The position numbers and the translations under genes are program-made. Of a DNA stretch of 64,000 bases, positions 44,400-52,396 are shown one piece after another. The DNA is taken from positions 1-64,000 of the IMG/VR virus record IMGVR_UViG_2706795240_000001. One strand, given 5' to 3'. The notes beneath the pieces were generated by a model. The model searched no databases and was not told the origin of the DNA. It saw only the letters and a list, made by a program, of their open reading frames with translations. The first letter of the stretch is position 1, and the number at the start of each line of letters is the position of its first letter. The stretch is from a virus (lineage: Duplodnaviria > Caudoviricetes).

Positions 44400-44606
44400 T
44401 TAAAATTCCTTAGTATTGTCTAGGTCCTCAAATGTTACAATATTGCTTAGATTCTGCAAACACGTAAGGGCCGATTCTAGCTTTTCTCTTGCAGCCTCGC
44501 GGAACTCTTCAAAGCTGGCGTTAGCATTTCCAATTGCCTCCGGTACTTCGATATCCGTCGAAACAGAATGGGCACCGAAAGACAAGGTGAGCATCATTTC
44601 AGCCAT
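44400..44606 (-). CDS. Hypothetical protein
   Basis: 68-aa ORF with RBS GGAG. Confidence 0.6.
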   Translation of the reverse strand: MAEMMLTLSFGAHSVSTDIEVPEAIGNANASFEEFREAAREKLESALTCLQNLSNIVTFEDLDNTKEF

Positions 44607-44609
44607 TTT

Positions 44610-44762
44610 TTATCTCCATTCCAGTTTTACGCATCCGGAATTCTTCTTGGCCTTGATCGCCGCAACAAGTGCGGCTGCAAGGTATTTACCGAAGTAAACC
44701 TGCTTGTACCCGTACTCGCCGTTTTCCTTGACCCATGCGCTAACTTCCCACTTGTACCCCAT
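44610..44762 (-). CDS. Hypothetical protein (50 aa, not in ORF track)
   Basis: MGYKWEVSAWVKENGEYGYKQVYFGKYLAAALVAAIKAKKNSGCVKLEWR. TAATG-coupled. Confidence 0.6.
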   Translation of the reverse strand: MGYKWEVSAWVKENGEYGYKQVYFGKYLAAALVAAIKAKKNSGCVKLEWR

Positions 44763-44971
44763 TATCGAATCCCAAGAACTTCACGGGCCGCAGACGCGGG
44801 ACTCTGGCCGAAATCGTCTTCGTCAACCAGCGCCATATGCGCGGCGACTTTTTCATTCAGCTTTTCGACACTCGGTGCGTTGACTTCGATTTCAAACTTA
44901 CCGCCGTTGCTTTTCTTGATGACCTTAATGACTGCCTTATATCCGGAATCATCCCGGTAAACGTTTCCCAT
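44762..44971 (-). CDS. Hypothetical protein (69 aa)
   Basis: Start MGNVYRDD immediately after the WhiB stop; within track ORF 44762-45061. Confidence 0.6.
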   Translation of the reverse strand: MGNVYRDDSGYKAVIKVIKKSNGGKFEIEVNAPSVEKLNEKVAAHMALVDEDDFGQSPASAAREVLGIR

Positions 44972-44972
44972 T

Positions 44973-45185
44973 TTATTTAGCCTTTCCAGCCCATATTCCG
45001 TGTTTCGATCCTGTGACATTTCTGTAGTCGTCACACTCGTCAAAGACGGGGCACGATCCACATATTTCTTTGGCTATCCTTCTCAGGTCCGATCTGCCTT
45101 TTCCGGGAAAGAACAGGTCGTCCTCGTCGGCGCTAGCCGGACCAGAACCTGCACATGCCGCGTCACGTTTCCATGACTCGTCCAT
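44973..45185 (-). CDS. whiB: WhiB-family Fe-S transcription regulator
   Basis: WKRDAAC...LFFP...AKEICGSCPVFDEC...GIWAG: four Cys plus the G-W-G turn. Confidence 0.92.
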   Translation of the reverse strand: MDESWKRDAACAGSGPASADEDDLFFPGKGRSDLRRIAKEICGSCPVFDECDDYRNVTGSKHGIWAGKAK

Positions 45186-45223
45186 TATGAAGAATCCGGC
45201 CCTTCCTTCGCCTTCGGGTTTTT

Positions 45224-45505
45224 CTAGCCCTTCTCCGCAGACGCATTCTTTGTTGACGGAACCAGTGGGGAGATCGGCGGCGTCAATGGTGACTTTTCTC
45301 CACCAGTAGAGTCCATGCGGTCCGCACTCTTTATGGGTGACGACAATTGGCTCTGATCGTCTGGCGAGTCGTTTACAGACTCCGGTACAGATGAGCCTTT
45401 TGGGGCCTCATCATTGCTCCGAATAGTGAAGTCCTTAAAGTTTTCGTCTGACTTATCTGTATCGGCTGGGCCGACGAAGCTGACTGGATTAAGTTCCTTG
45501 ACCAT
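45224..45505 (-). CDS. Hypothetical protein; N-terminal 36 aa may be frameshift-fused to WhiB
   Basis: ATG 45505 with AAGGA RBS 10 nt after the RusA stop. Contains in-frame C CCA AAA at 45404-45398. Confidence 0.55.
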   Translation of the reverse strand: MVKELNPVSFVGPADTDKSDENFKDFTIRSNDEAPKGSSVPESVNDSPDDQSQLSSPIKSADRMDSTGGEKSPLTPPISPLVPSTKNASAEKG

Positions 45506-45515
45506 GTTTAATTCC

Positions 45516-46070
45516 TTACCACTTATTTGAAACGTTGACTGTGCCACTTGCTTGAATTGCTCGTTGCTCTTCGTATGCTTTAAGGACTTCGATTCTCACG
45601 TCTGGCGAGACATGATTTGCCCAATTATCTGAACCGACTCCACCGGAAACCGTTTCCAGTTTTCCACGAGCAATAATAATGATCATCGGCTCAGTCTCAA
45701 CAGACTGCTCAATTTGTGTGGTCTTGACTGCGATATTAGTTCGGTCGTCTTCCCACGTAACACCAGTTAGAGCGTCCTCGATTAGCTTCTGCATATTGGT
45801 CGCGTCGACAATATTCTTTGTCCGAGTGCGATTTGCTTTATCTTTGTACTGGTCCCGCCGTCGCCACGTTAGAATCTCTAGCGAGTGACCAGGCTCCATA
45901 ATAAAGCCGCCCTGCTCAATAGCCTGTTCTCTAACGGCCTCCTTGAATGCGGCTCCAGCGGCGTCTACACCGGCAACCGGGATGGTTTTCCCACCCTTTC
46001 TGATCGCAGAAAATGGTGGCACTGTCCACGGGAGCGGGTTGATCGGAATCGCAAAAATCTGAGTGATCAT
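45516..46070 (-). CDS. rusA: RusA-like Holliday junction resolvase
   Basis: VDATNMQKLIEDALTGVTWEDD matches D-x-x-N-x-x-K-x3-DAL-x-G-x-x-W-x-DD. Confidence 0.85.
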   Translation of the reverse strand: MITQIFAIPINPLPWTVPPFSAIRKGGKTIPVAGVDAAGAAFKEAVREQAIEQGGFIMEPGHSLEILTWRRRDQYKDKANRTRTKNIVDATNMQKLIEDALTGVTWEDDRTNIAVKTTQIEQSVETEPMIIIIARGKLETVSGGVGSDNWANHVSPDVRIEVLKAYEEQRAIQASGTVNVSNKW

Positions 46071-46372
46071 AGCATTAGCCCTGCGATTTGCATGGTGAAT
46101 GCGATGACCGCAATTCCAATCACTGCGACCGCTGACACGGAAAGAATAAAAAGCACTGCTGTCATGCCAATCTTTCCTACCAGGAATGCGGTAGAATCGT
46201 TATCTATTTCGTCTTCAAATTTGACGTGAGGCGGAAGTTCGATATCGCCAGTCTGAATTACGTTTCCGTCTTTCGGGTCAAATTTAAGAGTCTCGGATGG
46301 GATTCGCTCGTGTTCATCTAGCGTAAATGGATTGTGGTCAATCCATGGAATCTTTTCGTCAGGATTTGTCAT
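46067..46372 (-). CDS. Membrane protein (C-terminal TM)
   Basis: Acidic N-terminus, long hydrophobic C-terminus. Confidence 0.7.
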   Translation of the reverse strand: MTNPDEKIPWIDHNPFTLDEHERIPSETLKFDPKDGNVIQTGDIELPPHVKFEDEIDNDSTAFLVGKIGMTAVLFILSVSAVAVIGIAVIAFTMQIAGLML

Positions 46373-46542
46373 CGCCCAGTCCTCTTTCGCTTTGCCCTGC
46401 GCTTAGCTTTATCCTTGGCCTTCTTGTCGGCCATTAGTTCCTGGCGCTTTCCTGTCAGCCCCGATGCAATTGCGAGAAACTTCGCAAGCTCCGACGCATT
46501 GCGTCCTGTATTTTGCTGCACCTTGCCTCCGTTCCTATTCAT
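46369..46542 (-). CDS. Small basic protein
   Basis: Start MNRNGG by TGATG overlap. Lys/Arg-rich tail. Confidence 0.55.
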   Translation of the reverse strand: MNRNGGKVQQNTGRNASELAKFLAIASGLTGKRQELMADKKAKDKAKRRAKRKRTGR

Positions 46543-47669
46543 CAGATTGACACCTGAGGTGCGATCCATGCTTCATACCCTGCTCCACCTTGAATATATA
46601 GGAATTTCTTGGAATCCTGAACACCCTGATCAAAGAAAATTTTTGCACTCTGACCAGTGGCGTTTGCAATAGCATCACGAACATACATCGCATTGAGCGT
46701 GATAACGGTAGGAATATCCGGTCCGGCTGTCGCGGGAATTGCCTCTTGGCACTGGTTCTCCGACTCGGACTGAATGGTGAAATTCAGCGCAGACTTAGAT
46801 GCCAGCAATTTCACCTGACCCTTTTCGTCTTTCTTGAGGATTGTGAAGATTTGTTCACATGCATTTCGATAATCATCGGTGTTTACTGTGATGCTGGAGT
46901 CGAAATCATTTACACCAGGCAATCGCTTGTCCAGAGCCTCGCATGGATTATCGGCAAACCTAACGACCTCTACTTGGGTGAATTCATCTGGAGTGATGCC
47001 AAGACCCCTCTTAGTCTTTACGACCAAGGCATCGCCTGCATGATGAATAACACCAGTGAGCGCGTTATGCGGAATGGTGATGTGATTGTCCACTAGCGGC
47101 TCGATCATAAGCGGAACGCGAGCAGCAACATATCGATTGGTCGCCATGACCGTATATCCGTCCATGAATACGCCCTGTAGCTCTGGGAGCGCGTCATCTT
47201 TAGATGCCGCCCATGACACAGATTCGATTTTGGTAGACAGGGAATTCACCGCTACGCCTCCCAGCTCGTCGTACGGTTCCCATTCGGGGAACTGCGAGCC
47301 GACGATTAGCGGGACAGCAGCGAACGTCTCGCCACGCTTGTGTTCCCTCACGACCGAAAGGCTGCCCGGTACCCGCTCGTCGTTAAGCTCGACAACCGAT
47401 CCGCGACCCTTTGGGAGCTTGTCAATAAACTTGGTCGCGAGGCTAGAGATTCGCCAGCTTCCGGTTCCGGAAATGTTCATGCCCGTCATTCGCTGACGAT
47501 AGAAAATCTCCAGGTCGGTAGCGCTTACGAAGATATTCTTGGAATTCTCGTCAACCTCGACCAGGATTCCGTTGGTGAACATTTCTCCAGACGAGTAGTT
47601 CTTTGGCGAAACGCGAGCAGCCTTAACCATGGCATCGGCAATGGTTGACGTTTCGATAATTGCCTTCAC
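46542..47669 (-). CDS. dnaN: DNA polymerase III beta-clamp homolog
   Basis: 375 aa; VSATDLEI, FPEW, LQGVFMDG...ATNRY, LNAMYVRDAI. Length and motifs match a three-domain clamp. Confidence 0.8.
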   Translation of the reverse strand: MKAIIETSTIADAMVKAARVSPKNYSSGEMFTNGILVEVDENSKNIFVSATDLEIFYRQRMTGMNISGTGSWRISSLATKFIDKLPKGRGSVVELNDERVPGSLSVVREHKRGETFAAVPLIVGSQFPEWEPYDELGGVAVNSLSTKIESVSWAASKDDALPELQGVFMDGYTVMATNRYVAARVPLMIEPLVDNHITIPHNALTGVIHHAGDALVVKTKRGLGITPDEFTQVEVVRFADNPCEALDKRLPGVNDFDSSITVNTDDYRNACEQIFTILKKDEKGQVKLLASKSALNFTIQSESENQCQEAIPATAGPDIPTVITLNAMYVRDAIANATGQSAKIFFDQGVQDSKKFLYIQGGAGYEAWIAPQVSI

Positions 47670-48004
47670 TTCCTGGTGCCCTTTCTTGGCTTTGAAACAA
47701 TCTTCACGCTAAAGGCTTCGCAGAATGCGTTAATTACTTCCCCGACGATGCCGATTACCTCCCTGGTTATCAGGGTGCTGGGATTGTCTTCGTCTTCGTT
47801 TTCAAACAACCAATCCGAGCTTACGCCGTCTGACATATCTATGTTTTCTAGGGCAACCAGTGGCGCGATGTATTCTTCAATTAGATTAACTTGTCGCTCG
47901 ATTTCATCGAACGCCGCCTGCAAAGCATTTTGGCTTTCAAGATATTCTTCCGCCGCGGCCCGCAATTCTTGTAGGGCGTTTTCTACCTCTTCTGCGTTTG
48001 CCAT
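47666..48004 (-). CDS. Hypothetical acidic protein
   Basis: 112-aa ORF, coupled. Confidence 0.65.
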   Translation of the reverse strand: MANAEEVENALQELRAAAEEYLESQNALQAAFDEIERQVNLIEEYIAPLVALENIDMSDGVSSDWLFENEDEDNPSTLITREVIGIVGEVINAFCEAFSVKIVSKPRKGTRK

Positions 48005-48009
48005 ATTTC

Positions 48010-48480
48010 CTACCTAAGAATGCAGCCCTTGTGAGGGCTGAAATGAATTCGCGACGACTGCGAGCAGTGATTTGGCTTCACGTCCTCGTCGTGGCCTACC
48101 TTGAAATTCTGCTCGTAGACCTTGACTGGGATGCCCATTTCCATTGCCTTTTTCACGCAGTCAACCGTACCGCGTGAATTGGGAAACGGAAAAGCAAGAA
48201 CGATATCTGCTCCAGCTTCAAGCATCCGCTTATTGCGCTGTGGACCGAGAACCTTGCCGTCTTTCCATTCCGGTTCAAACGATTCGATTTTGTATCCGCG
48301 TCGCTCGGCGTAATTCTTAGCGATCAGATCAGCGCCACCATACGGGCATTCGCCCTGAATGATTACCGGCTTTCCCGAGCATCCTGCAACGATCTGCTCG
48401 ATTGCGTACGGAATAATCACGTCGTCTTCCCAGAAACGGGAACCTGTAATTACGATTCTGGTTTCATTGAGAAGATTCAT
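48010..48480 (-). CDS. SLOG-superfamily (YspA/DUF2493-like) protein
   Basis: IVITGSRFW, IQGECPYGGADLIA, GPQRNKRML, SRGTVDCVKKA...GIPV. Confidence 0.8.
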   Translation of the reverse strand: MNLLNETRIVITGSRFWEDDVIIPYAIEQIVAGCSGKPVIIQGECPYGGADLIAKNYAERRGYKIESFEPEWKDGKVLGPQRNKRMLEAGADIVLAFPFPNSRGTVDCVKKAMEMGIPVKVYEQNFKVGHDEDVKPNHCSQSSRIHFSPHKGCILR

Positions 48481-49106
48481 TACGCAAAGCTCCCGGTCCA
48501 GTCGTCCTGTTGAGGTGCAAGAATCAGATTTTCAAGATAGAACTCAAGCTCGTTGCGAGAGGCCGTACAATCCGCCAAAACCCGGTGAGCAGCTTCGCCA
48601 TTCCAGTTAGCATAGGACTTCTCCATTAGCTCTGGTGCGTAAATCTTGCACAATTCCTTGATCGAAGAGATATCGATGTTCCGGTAATGGAACTGCTCAT
48701 TCAGCTCTGGCATTTGAGCCGAAATGAACTTGCGGTCGAAGTGAATACTCGAACCGGTGAGGGGCTTGAGAATTCTATTCTTTCCCAGTCCATGCTTCTG
48801 GAGCCAATCAATAAGCTCCAGTTCGGCCTCCCGCATGGTCCGACCGGTAGCCGGACTAACCGCCCTAATATCTGCAATCAATCCATTTTTAGTGTGCATA
48901 TTTCGCACGAAATCATCGCCGCCCGGCCCTTCCAGCCAGGCAATGTGGTTGTGTGCAAGTTGATCTGAGATAATCAGCGAAATCTCATCGATCAGCTCCA
49001 GGTGAACGTTGTAAATCTGAATGCCAACCTCTAGAATGATGTTCCTTTTTTCATCAAGTCCAGTGGTCTCGGTGTCGAGGATGATAACTGCTGGCTGGTT
49101 GCTCAT
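48480..49106 (-). CDS. orn: Oligoribonuclease-like DEDDh exonuclease
   Basis: LDTETTGLD, GSSIHFDRKFI...MPEL...FHYRNIDISSIKEL, HRVLADC...EL. Confidence 0.88.
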   Translation of the reverse strand: MSNQPAVIILDTETTGLDEKRNIILEVGIQIYNVHLELIDEISLIISDQLAHNHIAWLEGPGGDDFVRNMHTKNGLIADIRAVSPATGRTMREAELELIDWLQKHGLGKNRILKPLTGSSIHFDRKFISAQMPELNEQFHYRNIDISSIKELCKIYAPELMEKSYANWNGEAAHRVLADCTASRNELEFYLENLILAPQQDDWTGSFA

Positions 49107-49348
49107 TACTGTTCTCCGTACATTTTAATGGATAGCATGATAATATCGTCTTTTGGAATTCGCAGGTCGCGCTTTCCGATACGCATGGTTCCAGGCAGTT
49201 TATTTTCCTTGAACCAAATGCCTAGAGTCTTCCGTGAAATTCGGAAAAAGTCGCACACCTCCGATGCCGTCAGCATTGTCGGCAGATCGCGAGTCATGTA
49301 TTCAGCGCGCTTATACTGCTCACTCTCACGATCAATCTGGGCTGTCAT
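49106..49348 (-). CDS. Excisionase-like HTH DNA-binding protein
   Basis: MLTASEVCDFFRISRKTLGIW...LPGTMRIG...LRIPKDDI. Confidence 0.8.
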   Translation of the reverse strand: MTAQIDRESEQYKRAEYMTRDLPTMLTASEVCDFFRISRKTLGIWFKENKLPGTMRIGKRDLRIPKDDIIMLSIKMYGEQ

Positions 49349-49350
49349 TA

Positions 49351-50868
49351 TTAGTCCCTCTCTTCGAGAACTGCTGCTGCAATTCTCTTTCTAAGAAGCG
49401 GGTCTTCTTCGACAATATCGTCTGAAATCTTTTTCTTGATGGAGACAATTTCATCGACCCGCTCTTCCGCCGTATCCTTGCACAAGTAATCGAGCACGGT
49501 TACTGGCTGCTTTTTATCTGCACCAATTCGGTGAATTCTGTCGACCGCCTGCTGATTGAGCATCGGGGCAAACAGCTTGTCTAGCCTCTGGCAATACCGC
49601 GATGCGGTCATGTTGAGGCCAGTTCCCGCGACCGAGTAAATGCAGACGATCACGCCAGGAATCTTGTGTCTCGTCCAGGCGTCAACAACTTTCTGGCGCT
49701 CATCTGACGGAACGTCGCCATTGAGAACGAATACCGGATGGGGCGGAATGTGCTTCGCGTCTCCGCTTGTCCACGGACCGGCAACGCGATTCTTGCTGAG
49801 ATTAAATTCAGCCACCAGTCGATTGACAAATGCGTCCTGGACCCCACGGTACTGAGTGAACACCACCACTCGCTCGCCGTCGCGGACCAAATTAACCGCG
49901 TCCCATACGGCCGCATCCAGCTTATAGGAAAAATCAGATTTGTCGTCCATGAGTGTCGCCGTGGTGCCACAAATCTGCTTTAGTCGCATAAACTTTGTTA
50001 GGACGTTATCTACGTCTTCTGCTTCAAGTCCGTTGCCCCTATTGAGCCGCAAATCATTCACGACTTCCTTGTACATCTTTTCCTGCTTCGGATGCAGCCC
50101 CACCGTGCGGGTGACGTAGTTAACGTCGGGAAGGTCGAGAACATCCTTCTTGAGACGACGAATCATAATCTCCGCGAGCTTTGCATTAAGCTCTGGAACA
50201 TTCTTCGTTGAAACGATCTGACGATTCTCGTACCCGCCGAACACTGCATATGTATTAATGAATCCGTAGTAGCTACCGAATGCCGCAGGGTCAATCAAAT
50301 GACCTAGCGACCATAGGTCATTGACGTGATTCAAAATTGGCGATCCAGTGAGCAGAAACTTTCGTACACACGTTTTCGCTAGTGCATGAGCCGCTTTTGT
50401 TCGCTCGGACTTGTGATTCTTAATCATGTGCGCCTCATCGCACAGCATGATATCGAAATGCATCGCCCTGAGTGTCTTGATGTGCGGCTTCACCTGCTCG
50501 TAATTTACGATCAGAATTCTAGGACCGGTGATCTGCGAAAACGCGGTAAGCTGTTTCTCTCGGGTTGCCACCTGCTTATTCGGAAGAATCATGTACTGAA
50601 CAACATCGCCCATGAACTTTTGAATCTCGTTCGCCCAGTTCATCTTGAGCGTAGTCGGACAGACAATAATCATCGACTCGCTGCGCTTCATGTACAGATC
50701 AATGCCAAAGATCGTCAAAGACTGCAAGCTCTTTCCGAGGCCCATTTCATCGGCAAGCAGAAAACTTTGCATCGTAGCCCCGCGACGAATTCCGTCGATC
50801 TGATGCTTGTAATACTCGATATCGTCCTTAATATAAGGAGCAATACTTTTCCGATTATTGAGTGCCAC
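49351..50868 (-). CDS. SNF2-family helicase (505 aa)
   Basis: LADEMGLGKS, DEAH, LTGSPILN, QQAVDRIHRIG. Real start likely GTG 50868 after GAGGA; the track start 51117 overlaps another gene. Confidence 0.92.
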   Translation of the reverse strand: MALNNRKSIAPYIKDDIEYYKHQIDGIRRGATMQSFLLADEMGLGKSLQSLTIFGIDLYMKRSESMIIVCPTTLKMNWANEIQKFMGDVVQYMILPNKQVATREKQLTAFSQITGPRILIVNYEQVKPHIKTLRAMHFDIMLCDEAHMIKNHKSERTKAAHALAKTCVRKFLLTGSPILNHVNDLWSLGHLIDPAAFGSYYGFINTYAVFGGYENRQIVSTKNVPELNAKLAEIMIRRLKKDVLDLPDVNYVTRTVGLHPKQEKMYKEVVNDLRLNRGNGLEAEDVDNVLTKFMRLKQICGTTATLMDDKSDFSYKLDAAVWDAVNLVRDGERVVVFTQYRGVQDAFVNRLVAEFNLSKNRVAGPWTSGDAKHIPPHPVFVLNGDVPSDERQKVVDAWTRHKIPGVIVCIYSVAGTGLNMTASRYCQRLDKLFAPMLNQQAVDRIHRIGADKKQPVTVLDYLCKDTAEERVDEIVSIKKKISDDIVEEDPLLRKRIAAAVLEERD

Positions 50869-50870
50869 TT

Positions 50871-51248
50871 TTACTTTTCCTCTGTATCGATTACTCCGGT
50901 TCCGAGAATAATATTGATCATTTGCGGTCCGTCTAGGGCGACGCCTTGCTGACGCGCTCGGACTTCGATTGCACCGGAGGTTTGTGAAATAAGGTTCTGC
51001 ACCATCAGCATTACGCTGTCTGATCCGGAATCCTGCCAACCTGACGGATTGATTCGCATGAGAATGAAATACAGCATCGCAAGATCGCGGATTTCTAGAT
51101 TCTCGATCCACGCCCACATTTCATTTGTGGCCGCTGTATTTCTCATTTGATTGTAGACGTTGCGCTCGTAGTCGTTTTTCAAATGCGCTTCGAGCTTGTC
51201 GAAAGAGCTTGGGTCATTCGGATTGAAAAAGAACGGCTCGTCAGACAT
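50871..51248 (-). CDS. Hypothetical protein
   Basis: 125 aa, coupled on both sides. Confidence 0.7.
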   Translation of the reverse strand: MSDEPFFFNPNDPSSFDKLEAHLKNDYERNVYNQMRNTAATNEMWAWIENLEIRDLAMLYFILMRINPSGWQDSGSDSVMLMVQNLISQTSGAIEVRARQQGVALDGPQMINIILGTGVIDTEEK

Positions 51249-51466
51249 TACTGAACCTTCACCATCTTGTATAGGTCGTAGTTTTCGCTGCTGTCGCCGT
51301 TGGTTGATTCAAGATGATAATTAGCATCCTGCATTTCTCGCTCAGCCTTTGTCTTGTCGAAATGGAAAACTTCGTCCCACATTTCAATGTCGGGGATATC
51401 TGTCGGTCGACCCTTTACCGTTCGGGCGATGACATATCCCTCGACTTCATTGTGCGGATTTTCCAT
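51248..51466 (-). CDS. Hypothetical protein
   Basis: 72 aa, coupled. Confidence 0.65.
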   Translation of the reverse strand: MENPHNEVEGYVIARTVKGRPTDIPDIEMWDEVFHFDKTKAEREMQDANYHLESTNGDSSENYDLYKMVKVQ

Positions 51467-51468
51467 GA

Positions 51469-51882
51469 TTAGTTACCAGCCAGGTCGTCAATATCGTCGC
51501 CGTACTTGGGGCAGTAGGCTCCAACTCCAGCACCTACAAAAAACGGACCATCTTCCCCAAGGCTTTCCAGCGAGAGATTGATAACCGACTCCACAGAATT
51601 ACCGGCATCGAGAGCGTCGCACATTGCGTGCGCCGTGTCGATAGCCTGCTGTGTCGCCGGAAGCCCCTTTTGGCGCATTGCGGCAAGGAATACCTGATCG
51701 ATATCCACCTTTTCCTCGGTCGTCGTCTTGGGGATCACGTTGGTTGTGATATCGGCCTCTTCGACAACGGGCGTATTGGACGCGGTAACCGTACCCTTTG
51801 ACTCATCGATCGGATCGCACGCCGCGATCGGAATAACGAGTGCCGCGATGGAAGTGACTGTGAGGATGGTGCGCTTAAACAT
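51469..51882 (-). CDS. Lipoprotein with DUF732-like domain
   Basis: Signal peptide and lipobox IAA-C. Thr-rich linker, then FLAAMRQKGL...AHAMCDALDAG...FVGAGVGAYCP. Confidence 0.8.
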   Translation of the reverse strand: MFKRTILTVTSIAALVIPIAACDPIDESKGTVTASNTPVVEEADITTNVIPKTTTEEKVDIDQVFLAAMRQKGLPATQQAIDTAHAMCDALDAGNSVESVINLSLESLGEDGPFFVGAGVGAYCPKYGDDIDDLAGN

Positions 51883-51945
51883 TGTATTCTCCTGGTGTTG
51901 TTACTGATTGATGTAAACTAAGATTAATAAAGGGGATTTTGAAGC

Positions 51946-51987
51946 TAAGGCTAAGCCGGGAGAAATTAATCTCCCGGCTTAGCCTTA
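51946..51987. terminator. Perfect 18-bp inverted repeat with 6-nt spacer
   Basis: TAAGGCTAAGCCGGGAGA-AATTAA-TCTCCCGGCTTAGCCTTA. No U tract on either strand. Confidence 0.6.
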
Positions 51988-52078
51988 ATGGTCACTCGGG
52001 ACTGTGTCGCGTGTATCGCGCCCAATACTCGTCACTAGCGCGCAATCCCAGGTCGTTACCGCGAGTTCGACCATATTA

Positions 52079-52285
52079 TTAACTGGCCTTGATCTTGCCT
52101 ACGAACTTGCTCTTCTTATTTTCGCTGGCCTTCTTGGCGCGTGCCGCGATTGCAGTCTTTTCGGCAACCTTGCCACGCTGGCATCGCTTGCACTTGTTTC
52201 GCTTGCACTTATCGCCTCCGCAAGCCTTAAGCTGAGAGATAAGCGAGTCGAGCTTACGGTTGTCGATGGTAACGGTATCAGACAT
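52079..52285 (-). CDS. Small Cys/Lys-rich protein (68 aa)
   Basis: Start MSDTVT after AGGAG. CGGDKCKRNKCKRC motif. Confidence 0.65.
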   Translation of the reverse strand: MSDTVTIDNRKLDSLISQLKACGGDKCKRNKCKRCQRGKVAEKTAIAARAKKASENKKSKFVGKIKAS

Positions 52286-52314
52286 TATTTTCTCCTGTGT
52301 AAAAGTTTGGGGGT

Positions 52315-52378
52315 GCGATCCCCGATAATTGCTAGGCACTTGGGGCCTTAAAGGGGAATGACAATTATCGGGGATCGC
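52315..52378. repeat. Perfect 17-bp inverted repeat with 30-nt spacer downstream of SSB gene
   Basis: GCGATCCCCGATAATTG (52315-52331) / CAATTATCGGGGATCGC (52362-52378). Confidence 0.85.
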
Positions 52379-52396
52379 GGTGATGATGATTAACGC

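Noticed and set aside
50869-51117. 83-aa N-terminal extension of the helicase in the ORF track
   Set aside because: It overlaps the 50871-51248 gene. A GTG with a good RBS lies right after that gene's stop.
51990-52075. tRNA-like GTTCGA and a possible 29-aa ORF in the intergenic gap
   Set aside because: No T-arm or acceptor-stem pairing, and the ORF has no RBS or features.
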